Notes under the pieces: generated by a model
Told to the model about the DNA's origin: nothing
Databases searched by the model: none
Seen by the model: only the letters and a program-made list of their open reading frames with translations
Made by a program: the position numbers and the translations under genes
Part shown: piece by piece, positions 1 to 9,358 of the stretch
How positions within the stretch are numbered: the stretch's first letter is position 1
Layout: every line of letters starts with the position of its first letter
DNA from: Proteobacteria bacterium SG_bin7
Lineage (GTDB): Bacteria; Bdellovibrionota; Bdellovibrionia; Bdellovibrionales; SG-bin7
Assembly: GCA_002083485.1 (NCBI GenBank)
Contig: LWDK01000040.1
Span: forward strand, 3,723-67,722
Direction: 5' to 3'
DNA: 64,000 nucleotides

Positions 1-2
1 TT

Positions 3-194
3 CTCTTTTACCTAATGTCTCACGAGAATGAAGTTATCAGTCGCGAGCAACTCATTTCAGTGATTTGGGGAAAAAATATTCACATCGGCCGTAGTGTTGA
101 TACTCACGTTAATTCTATACGTAGAAAACTCGACGGGTACTCAACATATATTCAAGCGGTTTACGGCGCCGGTTATGTCTTTAAAGCGCTGTAA
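3..194 (+). CDS. OmpR/PhoB-type response regulator, C-terminal winged-helix fragment (5' end lies outside the window)
   Basis: Frame 3 is open from the window edge to TAA 192-194. Translation ..EQLISVIWGKNIHIGRSVDTHVNSIRRKLDG...GAGYVFKAL fits the trans_reg_C DNA-binding domain pattern. Confidence 0.7.
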   Translation, partial: LFYLMSHENEVISREQLISVIWGKNIHIGRSVDTHVNSIRRKLDGYSTYIQAVYGAGYVFKAL

Positions 195-209
195 AAATCA
201 TAAAAACGA

Positions 210-566
210 TCAGTAAAGGGATGGGTCGGCCGAGGAGTGGCTAATAAACTCAACTTTTACGTTTTCGATGTGATTACGAATGTCTCCAATGATTTTTTGA
301 ACCGATTCGCCATCCAATCTTTGGCCTGCACTTTCAAGTTGACGCGCTAATTGCGCTAATAAAAGAAATCCATAGGTTGCTCCAGAACCGTAAAGCTTGT
401 GACCAAGCCTCGCAATAGAAGAAAAATCCTTGGCAGCAAGCCATTTTTCCAAATCAACTAGTTCCGTTTGCCGATTCTGCATAAAAAAAGGAATCAAATC
501 TCTAAAAAGCTCGTTTACTCGGGCAACATTGAAGTGATTTTCCATATAAGCAAAGTATATAAACAC
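210..566 (-). CDS. Stand-alone histidine phosphotransfer (Hpt) domain protein
   Basis: 118 aa ORF. The motif ARLGHKLYGSGATYGF matches the Hpt phospho-His signature (H-K-L-K-G-S-like). Confidence 0.7.
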   Translation of the reverse strand: MFIYFAYMENHFNVARVNELFRDLIPFFMQNRQTELVDLEKWLAAKDFSSIARLGHKLYGSGATYGFLLLAQLARQLESAGQRLDGESVQKIIGDIRNHIENVKVEFISHSSADPSLY

Positions 567-633
567 TTAATCTACGTCAACTCTGGACACAACAGCCTCA
601 TTGGTTTAACAATATTTTAACGGAGAGAACCCA

Positions 634-1173
634 ATGACTATATTAAAAAAAATCTCTATCGGAATAATTTCACTATCCTTATTAGTTGTTGGTTCAAGCT
701 ATCTCCTTCCCGACACCTGGGCCGTAGAAAGATCTGTTGTCATCAACACCTCCCCTTTGAGAATTTATCCATTCATTTCTGACCTCAAAAACGGATGGCC
801 CCAATGGAGTGCTTTTGACTTTGAAGATCCAAACACAGAGTACACCTATTCGGGTACCGACGCGGGATTGGGATCAACACGGGAATGGAAATCCAAAAAA
901 ATGGGTAATGGAAAGCAAACCATTATTAAGAGTGACCCTAACTATGGGGTTGAGTTTAAACTCTATATGCCCGAGCACGACTTTGAACTGCAAGGCAAGA
1001 TTGGATTTTTTGCAACCCCTGAAGGGACTAAGGTCACCTGGGCCGACTGGGGACAAAGTGGAAATAATCCCTTTAAGCGGTGGATGTTTTTTTTCATGGA
1101 TAAAATAATGGGGAAAACCTTTGAGAAAAGTTTAGCGAAACTCAAAGAACTTGCGGAGGGGACAAAAAATTAA
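634..1173 (+). CDS. SRPBCC (START/polyketide-cyclase-like) family protein with N-terminal membrane anchor or signal
   Basis: 179 aa. Hydrophobic N-terminus followed by WAVERSVVINTSPLRIYPFISDLKNGWPQWS, typical of SRPBCC/polyketide_cyc2 proteins. Confidence 0.6.
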   Translation: MTILKKISIGIISLSLLVVGSSYLLPDTWAVERSVVINTSPLRIYPFISDLKNGWPQWSAFDFEDPNTEYTYSGTDAGLGSTREWKSKKMGNGKQTIIKSDPNYGVEFKLYMPEHDFELQGKIGFFATPEGTKVTWADWGQSGNNPFKRWMFFFMDKIMGKTFEKSLAKLKELAEGTKN

Positions 1174-1201
1174 TGCATCTTCTGGGTGGTACCTTTTTAG
1201 C

Positions 1202-1627
1202 ATGCTAAAACTAATTCGGAAACGCGTCAGCGTAGTTATTGTAAACGATGGCAAAATCCTTGGGTTCTACGCTGAGGACCCTTTCAGCAAGCGAAAATAT
1301 TTTTTCTTACCCGGAGGCGTTTTAGAAAAAAATGAAAGTGACGAACAGGCTGCAATTCGCGAAACGCTAGAGGAGACAGGCTATAAAATTACGTTAAACG
1401 ATAAGAAAGTCGTAAAGACTTATGATTTTGAGTGGAACGGAAATATTTATGAGTGTGAAACAAGATTTTTTCTGGGAAAACTGGTTAGCACCGAACAAAA
1501 CTTTGTTAAAGATGCCGACTATCATCGGGGCACCAGTTGGATCCCGCTGAATCAAATAAGAAACGTCTTGGGCTATTCCACCGAAATTCTTTCTGCTACT
1601 TCAGAATTAGTTGGAGCACAAGCTTAA
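1202..1627 (+). CDS. NUDIX hydrolase
   Basis: Nudix box GGVLEKNESDEQAAIRETLEETGY. Start moved to ATG 1202 (MLKLIRK) because the ORF-track start at 1151 overlaps the upstream gene. Confidence 0.75.
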   Translation: MLKLIRKRVSVVIVNDGKILGFYAEDPFSKRKYFFLPGGVLEKNESDEQAAIRETLEETGYKITLNDKKVVKTYDFEWNGNIYECETRFFLGKLVSTEQNFVKDADYHRGTSWIPLNQIRNVLGYSTEILSATSELVGAQA

Positions 1628-1663
1628 CACATCGCCTTACCAAAATTTAACCTGGTACCTTTG

Positions 1664-2365
1664 TTAGCCCAGATCAAAAAGTAAAAACTCAGCGTCTTTT
1701 TCTGATTTAATTTTTAATGCACTCTCGCCTTGAGTAAATATGGCATCGCCAGCATTCATTTTCTGATTATTTACATTTAGGTGCCCTCGTACCATCTGCA
1801 ACCATAGCCCCCTTTTGGGGTTAGTTTTGTACTCTAGAACTTCTCCAGCATCTAAGAAGCTCGTAAACAAAAATACATCCTGACGAACATGAATAACATC
1901 CTTCTCTTTTTCATTTCCAGAAACAACCAGTTTCAACTTATTTTTTTTGTCATCTTCTGAAAAACTCTTCTGATTGTAACGTGGTTGGTAATTTGCTTTA
2001 TCGGGCAAAATCCAAATCTGTAAGAGATGAGTTAAGCCGCTTTGACTGTGATTAAATTCACTATGGAGCACACCACTTCCTGCACTCATGTACTGAACAT
2101 CGCCTGGGTTAATAATCGATCCATTTCCCATACTATCTTTGTGTTCGAGAGCCCCTGAGATGACATAAGTTACAATCTCCATATCCTTGTGTGGGTGTGT
2201 GGGAAATCCCTTACCAGCTTCAATTCGATCTTCGTTGATCACACGTAAACTGCGAAATCCCATACGAGCTGGATCATAAAAATCAGCAAATGAAAAACTA
2301 TGTTTCGCGTGTAGCCAACCATGTTCCGCAGAGCCTCTTGCTTCACTTGGATAATAATGAACCAT
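1664..2365 (-). CDS. Pirin family protein
   Basis: 233 aa. The cupin metal motif HPHKDMEIVTYVISGALEHKDSMGN and overall length match pirins. Confidence 0.8.
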   Translation of the reverse strand: MVHYYPSEARGSAEHGWLHAKHSFSFADFYDPARMGFRSLRVINEDRIEAGKGFPTHPHKDMEIVTYVISGALEHKDSMGNGSIINPGDVQYMSAGSGVLHSEFNHSQSGLTHLLQIWILPDKANYQPRYNQKSFSEDDKKNKLKLVVSGNEKEKDVIHVRQDVFLFTSFLDAGEVLEYKTNPKRGLWLQMVRGHLNVNNQKMNAGDAIFTQGESALKIKSEKDAEFLLFDLG

Positions 2366-2374
2366 TGTTTACTC

Positions 2375-3253
2375 CTACTCTTCATTTGCCATTTCTTTTG
2401 ATGTCCCGATAACCCAAATCAAACCGACAGAAAAATCATAACCCCATAGAGAACGAAATAGTGGGCTCTCATCGTTCACAGCTCCACCATAATAACTCAC
2501 ATTGAACCCAGTAAATGCGCGCATAGTGTCATACACTGGGTGCAAAAAGCGCACCTGGAAATCTGTTCCCATATACCCAGCACGGGCGTTGTAAGCCGGG
2601 CGGACAGCACTCACATATGGAGTTTCTACCTCATAAAAATATTTTCCAAGTGTCTGATCAGAAAAATTAAAGGTAACCTCAAATGCTAGACGTGAGTCCC
2701 GATGCAACAATCCGTAACACTCGAAAACTACCGATGGAGTAAATGTGAACCCCTGACTCGTTAGCGTCTTCAAATCAGTGGCAAATACGAAACGTATTGG
2801 TAGGTTCATAAAGGTATGCCATGGATTTTCGCCGTCATCGAGCTCGATTATCAGGCGCGGCCCCACCTCACCCATCCAATCTAAATCTGGCATTCCATTT
2901 CTAGCAGTATTTTCCTCAGAATTCGCGGGGAAACTTCCAGCGCCACTAAGAGCGAGCTCATAAGCTTCCGCTCTAATTAGTCTCGCTCTTGTTCCCTTTC
3001 TTTGGTCGGCACGAAAAATTGCTCCACGATAAATAAAATAGGGAAACGGCAATCCCCGCCAATGACTTTGATCAGAAGCAGGATAGTCGCTCAAAAATCC
3101 ACCACCAGCTCCCATGCCGTACTCGTAAAGCGGCTTCTTTTCCAGAGCAAAATCTTTAGCAAAAACCAAACCCGAAGATAAAGAAAATAAGACTAAAAAC
3201 AAAAAAAGTATTTTCAATCGTCGATAAATATAGGCTAAGATATTTTTATGCAC
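2375..3253 (-). CDS. MipA/OmpV-like outer-membrane protein
   Basis: 292 aa with a signal peptide. Beta-strand-rich sequence with aromatic C-terminal segments and YEYGMGAGGGF..DYPASDQ, as in MipA-family scaffolds. Uses a GTG start at 3253. Confidence 0.5.
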   Translation of the reverse strand: MHKNILAYIYRRLKILFLFLVLFSLSSGLVFAKDFALEKKPLYEYGMGAGGGFLSDYPASDQSHWRGLPFPYFIYRGAIFRADQRKGTRARLIRAEAYELALSGAGSFPANSEENTARNGMPDLDWMGEVGPRLIIELDDGENPWHTFMNLPIRFVFATDLKTLTSQGFTFTPSVVFECYGLLHRDSRLAFEVTFNFSDQTLGKYFYEVETPYVSAVRPAYNARAGYMGTDFQVRFLHPVYDTMRAFTGFNVSYYGGAVNDESPLFRSLWGYDFSVGLIWVIGTSKEMANEE

Positions 3254-3823
3254 AAGGCACGACTTGAGGCTTTTAGTGACGGAGTTATCGCCATAATCAT
3301 AACTATTATGGTGCTAGAGCTAAAAGCTCCCCATGGAACATCCCTCGAGGACCTATTTCCTTTGCTTCCGATTTTCTTAAGTTATGTTTTAAGCTTTGTC
3401 TATGTCGCCATTTATTGGAACAATCATCATCACACATTTCAAATTGTAAAACATGTTGACGGCCCTACGCTTTGGGCAAATGTTCATCTACTTTTCTGGC
3501 TTTCCCTCATTCCCTTTGCAACTGCTTGGACGGGAGAAAATCACTTTGCACCGACCACGGTCGCTCTTTATGGTTTAGTGTTTTTGATGTCTGCTATCGC
3601 CTACTATATATTGATTCGCGTACTCTTATCGACCCACGGAAATAATTCGGAGCTTGCAAAAGCCATAGGATCTGATTTTAAAGGTAAAATTTCTGTCTTA
3701 TTTTACGTTCTCGCCGTTATCGCATCATTTTGGATTCCTTATTTAGCTCTTGCTATTTATTTCCTAGTAGCAGTTATTTGGTTCATACCTGATAAGCGTA
3801 TGGAAAAAGTGTACAAGCGTTAA
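3248..3823 (+). CDS. TMEM175/DUF1211 family membrane protein (putative K+ channel)
   Basis: 191 aa. The N-terminal RLEAFSDGVIAIIITIMVLEL signature and six hydrophobic segments fit the family. Confidence 0.7.
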   Translation: MHKARLEAFSDGVIAIIITIMVLELKAPHGTSLEDLFPLLPIFLSYVLSFVYVAIYWNNHHHTFQIVKHVDGPTLWANVHLLFWLSLIPFATAWTGENHFAPTTVALYGLVFLMSAIAYYILIRVLLSTHGNNSELAKAIGSDFKGKISVLFYVLAVIASFWIPYLALAIYFLVAVIWFIPDKRMEKVYKR

Positions 3824-3888
3824 TAACTATTTTAACAAAGACCGTTTCTATGCTTGGAAAAAGCCTTAGAATCTCTTACACTTTCTAA

Positions 3889-4230
3889 ATGGTTGTTACT
3901 ATTACCTCGCTCAAACTCCGCCACCTCTGGGGATATTTTCCTCTTACCTATCTCGCCTTGTGGGTGACTCTTCAAGTTTATAAACAAAAAGGGTTTATCA
4001 AATTTAAAAATACAGGCTTTGGTTATGATCATTACACTCTAACCGCTTGGGAAAGCGAAGCTGATATGAAGTCTTTTTCCCGCACCGGCGCTCACGTCGA
4101 TGCCATGAAACACGCTAAAAAACTAGCCCAAGAAGTTCGAATCTTGACTTACAAGAGCAATGCGCTTCCTAGTTGGAAAGAAGTTAAAAAGCTGTTAGCC
4201 GAAAAGGCTGATAGAGTTGTGACTTTTTAA
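3889..4230 (+). CDS. Hypothetical protein, possibly ABM/DUF3291-like fold
   Basis: 113 aa ORF. Weak resemblance (..YTLTAWESEADMKSFSRTGAHVDAMK..) to dimeric alpha-beta barrel proteins. No firm family assignment. Confidence 0.3.
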   Translation: MVVTITSLKLRHLWGYFPLTYLALWVTLQVYKQKGFIKFKNTGFGYDHYTLTAWESEADMKSFSRTGAHVDAMKHAKKLAQEVRILTYKSNALPSWKEVKKLLAEKADRVVTF

Positions 4231-4306
4231 TACATTCTCGGCACCCAAATTGCTAATGGTATACTAATTACTTTAGTTAACTTTAACAACTTTAGGGACG
4301 TCAATT

Positions 4307-5134
4307 ATGTCTAAGTTTTTTTCAGCCTTGCCAATTTTTGTATTCCTGATATCGAGTGTTTTCGCCCAAGCAGAAGACCATTATCAAATCCTCGGGGTAC
4401 CCCGAAATGCGAGCTCAGACGATATAAAAAAAGCGTTCCGAAGAAAGGCTTTTGAGACCCATCCTGATCGAGTTCAAGATCTAATAGAGAAAAAAAAACG
4501 CGAAGGAGAATTCAAGAAGATAAATGAAGCTAACGAAGTGCTCTCGAACCCCGAAAAACGTAGAGAATACGATGCTGGCACAAATGAATCTTTCAGACCA
4601 AACGATTTTCGTCAGAATCAAGCCCGGAGCGCCTACAGCTCCCAAACACGCTATGTAAAACCCTCTGAATTTATAACCCAAACTGTTGCCAAAATGACGA
4701 ACGCTTCTGTCGATTCAAAAATCGCTAAAGCCGTTCAGCTTATGGACGAACTTATTACCAACCCTATTGATCTCTGGAATAGAGGGGTCGTTGACGTTAG
4801 GCACTATAACGGCGTCGCCGGTATTTTAGGAGACATCTGGACGCGAGTAGGATTTTGGTCCGACTATGCCGGCGAAAATCCGACGACATCAGAAGCAGTC
4901 TGTAAAGCAGCATTTTTATGGTTAAAAAATTTCAAACGAGTCGCCCCTGAAGTCTATAGTTACTGGTTCAACTATGGCTTCGACTACATTAACACTCAAT
5001 ATAAATTGGATTTACAAACTAACATCGATGGCGAATGGGTAGAGGCAAAGAGAAAAATTCTAGACTTCGCAAAATTTTACGCCAATCGCGAGTGGACTCC
5101 TCACGATCAAAAAAATTCCTGCAAAATATTCTAA
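4307..5134 (+). CDS. J-domain (DnaJ N-terminal domain) protein with predicted signal peptide
   Basis: 275 aa. [22 protein letters not shown] looks like a Sec signal. It is followed by [32 protein letters not shown], a J domain with the HPD motif. The C-terminal ~170 aa were not recognised. Confidence 0.7.
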   Translation: MSKFFSALPIFVFLISSVFAQAEDHYQILGVPRNASSDDIKKAFRRKAFETHPDRVQDLIEKKKREGEFKKINEANEVLSNPEKRREYDAGTNESFRPNDFRQNQARSAYSSQTRYVKPSEFITQTVAKMTNASVDSKIAKAVQLMDELITNPIDLWNRGVVDVRHYNGVAGILGDIWTRVGFWSDYAGENPTTSEAVCKAAFLWLKNFKRVAPEVYSYWFNYGFDYINTQYKLDLQTNIDGEWVEAKRKILDFAKFYANREWTPHDQKNSCKIF

Positions 5135-6388
5135 CTAGCGTGAAAAACTGTCTTGGCGTTGTCGTCCGTCAAAATTCCTAGATTTATTTTTACGGAAATT
5201 ATTCTTCTTAAAATTACGTTTATCTTTTTGCCACTGATCTTTCACGCCACGTTCTTCGCGCCGTGGTTTCGCCTGTATGCGCGCCTGAACAGGGCCAGAA
5301 TTAGATTTCGCTGCATCTTTATTTCGCGTAATCAAATTCCACTGACCGCGGTCTTCAGGAGTTACGAATGAAACGGCTTGTCCTGTCGCGCCGGCACGAC
5401 CCGTACGGCCAATGCGATGCATGTAATCTTCTGCTGTCGTCGGCAAATCAAAATTTATAACGTGACCAACATTTTCGATATCTAAACCACGAGACGCAAC
5501 ATCGGTTGCAACCAAGATACGAATCTCTCCTGATTTAAAACCCGCAATCGCAGCTTTACGTTGCCCGAGAGTTCTACCACCATGAAGTCTTCCAACCTCG
5601 TATCCATATTCTCCCAGATAACGTGTTAATCGATCGGTACGATGTTTAGTGCGTGCAAAAACCAAAATAGATCCCTGGCGCTGATTCAATTCGTCCAGCA
5701 AGCGATCATTCTTTTTACTTTGGTCAACCTCAATTACACTCTGATGAATTTCAACAGGCGCAGAATCGGCGTTGCTAGCTGCGATTTCGACAGGTGAGTT
5801 CATCATCTCTCGCGCCAAACCTTTTACTTCTTTCGTAAAGGTCGCCGAGAATAAAAGGGTTTGCCGTTCACGCGGAATCTTGGCCAAAATTCTACGGATT
5901 TGGGGATAAAATCCCATGTCCAACATGCGATCGGCTTCGTCTAAAATTAATGTTTTCGTCGAATCCAAACGCACAGAGTTTTGACCAATATGATCAACTA
6001 AACGTCCTGGAGTAGCGATAACCAAATTTGGTTTGTGTGAAAGTAGGCGCTGCTGATGTCCCATGGAGGCACCACCAATAACAGTGGCCATGCGAAAGCG
6101 AGTACCTCTTGGAATTAAATTCTTTACGACATCTTCAACTTGAATTGCAAGTTCACGTGTCGGCACAAGTACGACCGCCAAACCGTCACTTGCTAACAAC
6201 TTCTTTAAAGCCGGAAGCAAGTAAGCCGCAGTTTTTCCAGAACCAGTTTTTGATTGTGCGATCACGTCGTGACCATTTGAAATAATAGGAATCGCTTTGG
6301 CCTGAATCTCAGTTGGAGTTTCAAAGCCAAGACGAGCTACTGAACTTAGGAGCGTAGCCCCTAAGTCAAAACTAATAAAATTGTTCAT
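5135..6388 (-). CDS. DEAD-box ATP-dependent RNA helicase
   Basis: 417 aa. Contains AQSKTGSGKT (motif I), LILDEADRMLDMGF (DEAD), SAT, HRIGRTGRAG and a basic C-terminal tail. Confidence 0.9.
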   Translation of the reverse strand: MNNFISFDLGATLLSSVARLGFETPTEIQAKAIPIISNGHDVIAQSKTGSGKTAAYLLPALKKLLASDGLAVVLVPTRELAIQVEDVVKNLIPRGTRFRMATVIGGASMGHQQRLLSHKPNLVIATPGRLVDHIGQNSVRLDSTKTLILDEADRMLDMGFYPQIRRILAKIPRERQTLLFSATFTKEVKGLAREMMNSPVEIAASNADSAPVEIHQSVIEVDQSKKNDRLLDELNQRQGSILVFARTKHRTDRLTRYLGEYGYEVGRLHGGRTLGQRKAAIAGFKSGEIRILVATDVASRGLDIENVGHVINFDLPTTAEDYMHRIGRTGRAGATGQAVSFVTPEDRGQWNLITRNKDAAKSNSGPVQARIQAKPRREERGVKDQWQKDKRNFKKNNFRKNKSRNFDGRQRQDSFSR

Positions 6389-6399
6389 TAATTCTTTCT

Positions 6400-6418
6400 G
6401 TTACTAGAGACTAGTAAC
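6400..6418 (-). promoter_or_regulatory. Intercistronic hairpin between the RRM gene and the helicase gene
   Basis: GTTACTAG (6400-6407) and CTAGTAAC (6411-6418) form a perfect 8-bp inverted repeat with a 3-nt loop. It overlaps the RRM stop codon (6411-6413) and lies 12 nt upstream of the helicase ATG (6388). Confidence 0.45.
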
Positions 6419-6728
6419 GACCGCGTCCACCGCCGCCGAAACCACCACGGCCACCGCCGCCACCGCCACGAGGACGAGATTCTTGGGGTTTAGCAACAGA
6501 CACGTTGATATTACGGCCATTGAAATCTTTACCGTTTAATTGTTCGATCGCTTTCTGTGCCTCTTCTTCAGATTGCATTTCAACAAAACCGAAGCCTTTT
6601 GAACGTCCAGAATCACGATCAGTGATTACTTTTGCAGATACAACTTGTCCTACAGCAGAAAAATGATTTCCTAATGCATCTGAATCAACAGAATACGGAA
6701 GTTGTCCAACATATAGTTTATTACTCAC
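6411..6728 (-). CDS. RRM-type RNA-binding protein with Gly/Arg-rich tail
   Basis: RNP motifs KLYVGQL and KGFGFVEM, with a C-terminal GGGGGGRGGFGGGGRGRY tail. Start set to GTG 6728 because AAGGAGG lies 5 nt upstream. The ORF-track ATG 6773 has no Shine-Dalgarno sequence. Confidence 0.85.
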   Translation of the reverse strand: MSNKLYVGQLPYSVDSDALGNHFSAVGQVVSAKVITDRDSGRSKGFGFVEMQSEEEAQKAIEQLNGKDFNGRNINVSVAKPQESRPRGGGGGGRGGFGGGGRGRY

Positions 6729-6729
6729 G

Positions 6730-6768
6730 AGAGCCTCCTTATGGTCTCTAGGGTCTTTTCGAGGCTCT
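6730..6768 (-). promoter_or_regulatory. 5'-UTR hairpin partly sequestering the Shine-Dalgarno sequence of the RRM gene
   Basis: AGAGCCTC (6730-6737) pairs with GAGGCTCT (6761-6768), giving 8 bp. On the mRNA the 3' arm GAGGCTCT covers the last four nt of AAGGAGG and runs to 2 nt before the GTG. Confidence 0.4.
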
Positions 6769-6929
6769 TCCAAACACGGATCAAAGCACTTACAAAAGAC
6801 AGTTCAAGTGCGTTATACATCGGCCTAAAAGATAATCAAGACAATTATGCTTAAACTTTCTAGGGTTTTAAAAGACTGTTTTAATTTCACGGGTTTAGGG
6901 CAGACCTTTCGACATGAAAGCACCTGAAA

Positions 6930-7946
6930 TCAGCAGTAGCCCACCCTTACCGACTCTTCTATTATTTCGATAACTTTTAGGGCTTCTTCTGCAGAAATAG
7001 GTGCCTCGCCTTGACCGCTTACTATTTTTTTGTGAAGTAAATCATAAAATTTTAGAAAGTTTCCTTTTTCTGTTTTTATTGTCTCTGTTTCAGCCGTCGC
7101 TGGATTTATAAAAGTACCGTAAAGATTTTTGTTTTCGATTCCAAAATTAGGAGACCGCGGACTTTGATTCTGTTTAAGTTGGTCTTCTTGTGGATCAACT
7201 CCATACTTCAAAAAATTTCCGTCGGTTCCGAAAATCTGAAACCGCGGCGTGACGTCGGTGAAATAAGAACTATGCAGTATCGCACGCATATTTCCATAGT
7301 GAGCGATAAGATGAAAGTAATCGACTCCAAGTGTTTGATCTCTTTGCACCGCAAAATCAGCGATAACCCTATCGGGCTTACCAAAAAGACAAAGCATTTG
7401 ATCAATATAGTGTGGACCTAAGTCAAAAAGAGTTCCCGCTCCTTGAATATTCTGTTCCTTCCAACGATCGGCACGCGCCTGGGGACGCCAGCGGTCTAAA
7501 TGTGATTCAAACTGTTTTATTTCGCCAAGCTTTCCAGAAGCGATCAATTTTTTAACTGTCAGAAAATCGCCATCCCAACGACGATTATGAAAAACCGTTA
7601 GCACTTTTTTTGTTTTTTCTGCCAACGCTATAAGTTTTTTTCCATCATCAACTTTAGTGACAAAAGGCTTTTCGACAACAACGTGTTTTCCGCTCTCCAG
7701 AGCTGCGGCGGCATGTTTAAAGTGTTCCGCATTTGGGGTGCAAACGATGACAAGATCGACATCACATCGCTTAACAATCTCAAAGAAATCCTTAGCAACA
7801 AAGGCTTTTGGTAAAATTTTATGAACATCTTTGGCGCGACTCGAAGCCACGGCGGTAATCTCATAGCCGTCATGAGCCTTAAGAAGGCCGGTGTGAATAA
7901 ATTTTCCAGAGCTACCAAAACCAATGATACCAACTTTAATTTTCAT
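6930..7946 (-). CDS. Gfo/Idh/MocA family oxidoreductase
   Basis: The N-terminal Rossmann motif MKIKVGIIGFGSSGK and the EKP motif (VVVEKPF) fit the family. Start set to ATG 7946 rather than ORF-track 8000. Confidence 0.75.
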   Translation of the reverse strand: MKIKVGIIGFGSSGKFIHTGLLKAHDGYEITAVASSRAKDVHKILPKAFVAKDFFEIVKRCDVDLVIVCTPNAEHFKHAAAALESGKHVVVEKPFVTKVDDGKKLIALAEKTKKVLTVFHNRRWDGDFLTVKKLIASGKLGEIKQFESHLDRWRPQARADRWKEQNIQGAGTLFDLGPHYIDQMLCLFGKPDRVIADFAVQRDQTLGVDYFHLIAHYGNMRAILHSSYFTDVTPRFQIFGTDGNFLKYGVDPQEDQLKQNQSPRSPNFGIENKNLYGTFINPATAETETIKTEKGNFLKFYDLLHKKIVSGQGEAPISAEEALKVIEIIEESVRVGYC

Positions 7947-8007
7947 ATTCCGACTTGCTAACATGCCGATGATAAGAAGTTTACCATCGGCACGGCGCAA
8001 GATAGCG

Positions 8008-9273
8008 CTACATCGCGGCTGCTTTGGCGATTAAATCTACAAATAACTTGTCTGTTTTTCCTGGAATATGAGTACCCCCACCAGCTGTCGCCACCTCTTT
8101 ATAAACTTCATAAACTCGACGGAGAATTGGCTCAGCAAATCGCCCCAGTGATTCCACTTTGAAATTTTCACACTGACTTTCAATATCTTTCAGAATTCGA
8201 AGTTCTTCATCTTGACGAAGAACTTCAATACGGCCGATGAAGGCGCGGTTCAAATTGTCTGGGCGGGGTGAAACTGTAAGTGGCAGTACCTGTTCAACTT
8301 CCGACCGCGATAAAATATAGAGAACGCGCAGGCCCGGCGTCTTGAAATAGCCGTGACTCCAAGTATCGAGCATGGCTTGTGCCTCGTCTTGATAAAGACC
8401 GGCACCGATCAAAGCTTGCAGCAATGTAGCGTTCATTTGTTCACCGTTCATAACATGCTTGTTTTCACGCAGGTCGTGATTTTTTAGCTGGCGAATAATC
8501 TCACCCGAAACAGTCACTTCTTTATTGTGACCGATGCCCCTGACCCTTATCATCTGAGCATGCCCCTGAGAATTAACATCAACCAAAAACGTGATCTGCG
8601 GCTCAAACCCCTTGTCCGCTAGAAATGCTAGGTCTAAACCAATGGAATGAATATTAAGGCGCGGTTGATAGTGCCCCAAACCACGATAGAATATAAACTT
8701 TTCTATTTCAGAACCTGCTCTTACAAAATTGCTTTGTACATTGCGAGCATGCGAGTAAATATTTGTCGGATCAACTTCGGGCAATTTCGCATTTTTGCTA
8801 TCCAACACTTCAATTTGATAAGTGGTATTTCCATTTATCAACTTCTCGTCATTAGGTGTTGGAGACGTACTCACCGGCGCCGGATAAGACTGAGTAACAG
8901 CACCATTTGGGAACCTTACATTGATTGTCACCGGTTGCTGCCTATCAGAATAAAAGTACACGACAGGTGTTTCCATTTTCTGCGAGACAAAACTGTTGGT
9001 GATCATGCGCTCCGGAATACAGCCTTTGTCTCGCCTGGGGTCACAGTCCCCAGACCGCCCAAGAAAATTTGATTGTCTCGGTGATAATATTTCTCCAAAA
9101 TTGTGAACAAAATCTGGTAACTTTTCGTCTTCGTGGTACATCCCATGCTGAGTCTTGCCGTTTGATCCGACAAGAGAAGTAAAAGTTCCCCATTCATGCA
9201 CGTCAAGTCGGGCTTGCGCCGACGAAACTCCTGTTAGTAAAAAAAGTCCTATAAGATAATTAAGCGTATTCAT
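8008..9273 (-). CDS. Secreted hypothetical protein
   Basis: 421 aa with a signal peptide (..LLTGVSSAQA). No family recognised. Confidence 0.5.
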   Translation of the reverse strand: MNTLNYLIGLFLLTGVSSAQARLDVHEWGTFTSLVGSNGKTQHGMYHEDEKLPDFVHNFGEILSPRQSNFLGRSGDCDPRRDKGCIPERMITNSFVSQKMETPVVYFYSDRQQPVTINVRFPNGAVTQSYPAPVSTSPTPNDEKLINGNTTYQIEVLDSKNAKLPEVDPTNIYSHARNVQSNFVRAGSEIEKFIFYRGLGHYQPRLNIHSIGLDLAFLADKGFEPQITFLVDVNSQGHAQMIRVRGIGHNKEVTVSGEIIRQLKNHDLRENKHVMNGEQMNATLLQALIGAGLYQDEAQAMLDTWSHGYFKTPGLRVLYILSRSEVEQVLPLTVSPRPDNLNRAFIGRIEVLRQDEELRILKDIESQCENFKVESLGRFAEPILRRVYEVYKEVATAGGGTHIPGKTDKLFVDLIAKAAAM

Positions 9274-9358
9274 ACCGCCCTCCTTCGTACAATAAAATTA
9301 ACTAGAACTTTCATAAAAAAACATTGAATAAATCCTAAGATTTGTTAACTAACAGTTT

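Noticed and set aside
1151-1201. Long N-terminal extensions offered by the ORF track at 1151, 6773, 8000, 12552, 24618, 29090, 35494, 47559, 51930, 56881 and 61341.
   Set aside because: In each case an internal start gives a better Shine-Dalgarno sequence, a proper signal peptide or domain start, or removes an implausible overlap with the neighbouring gene. Coordinates were trimmed accordingly.
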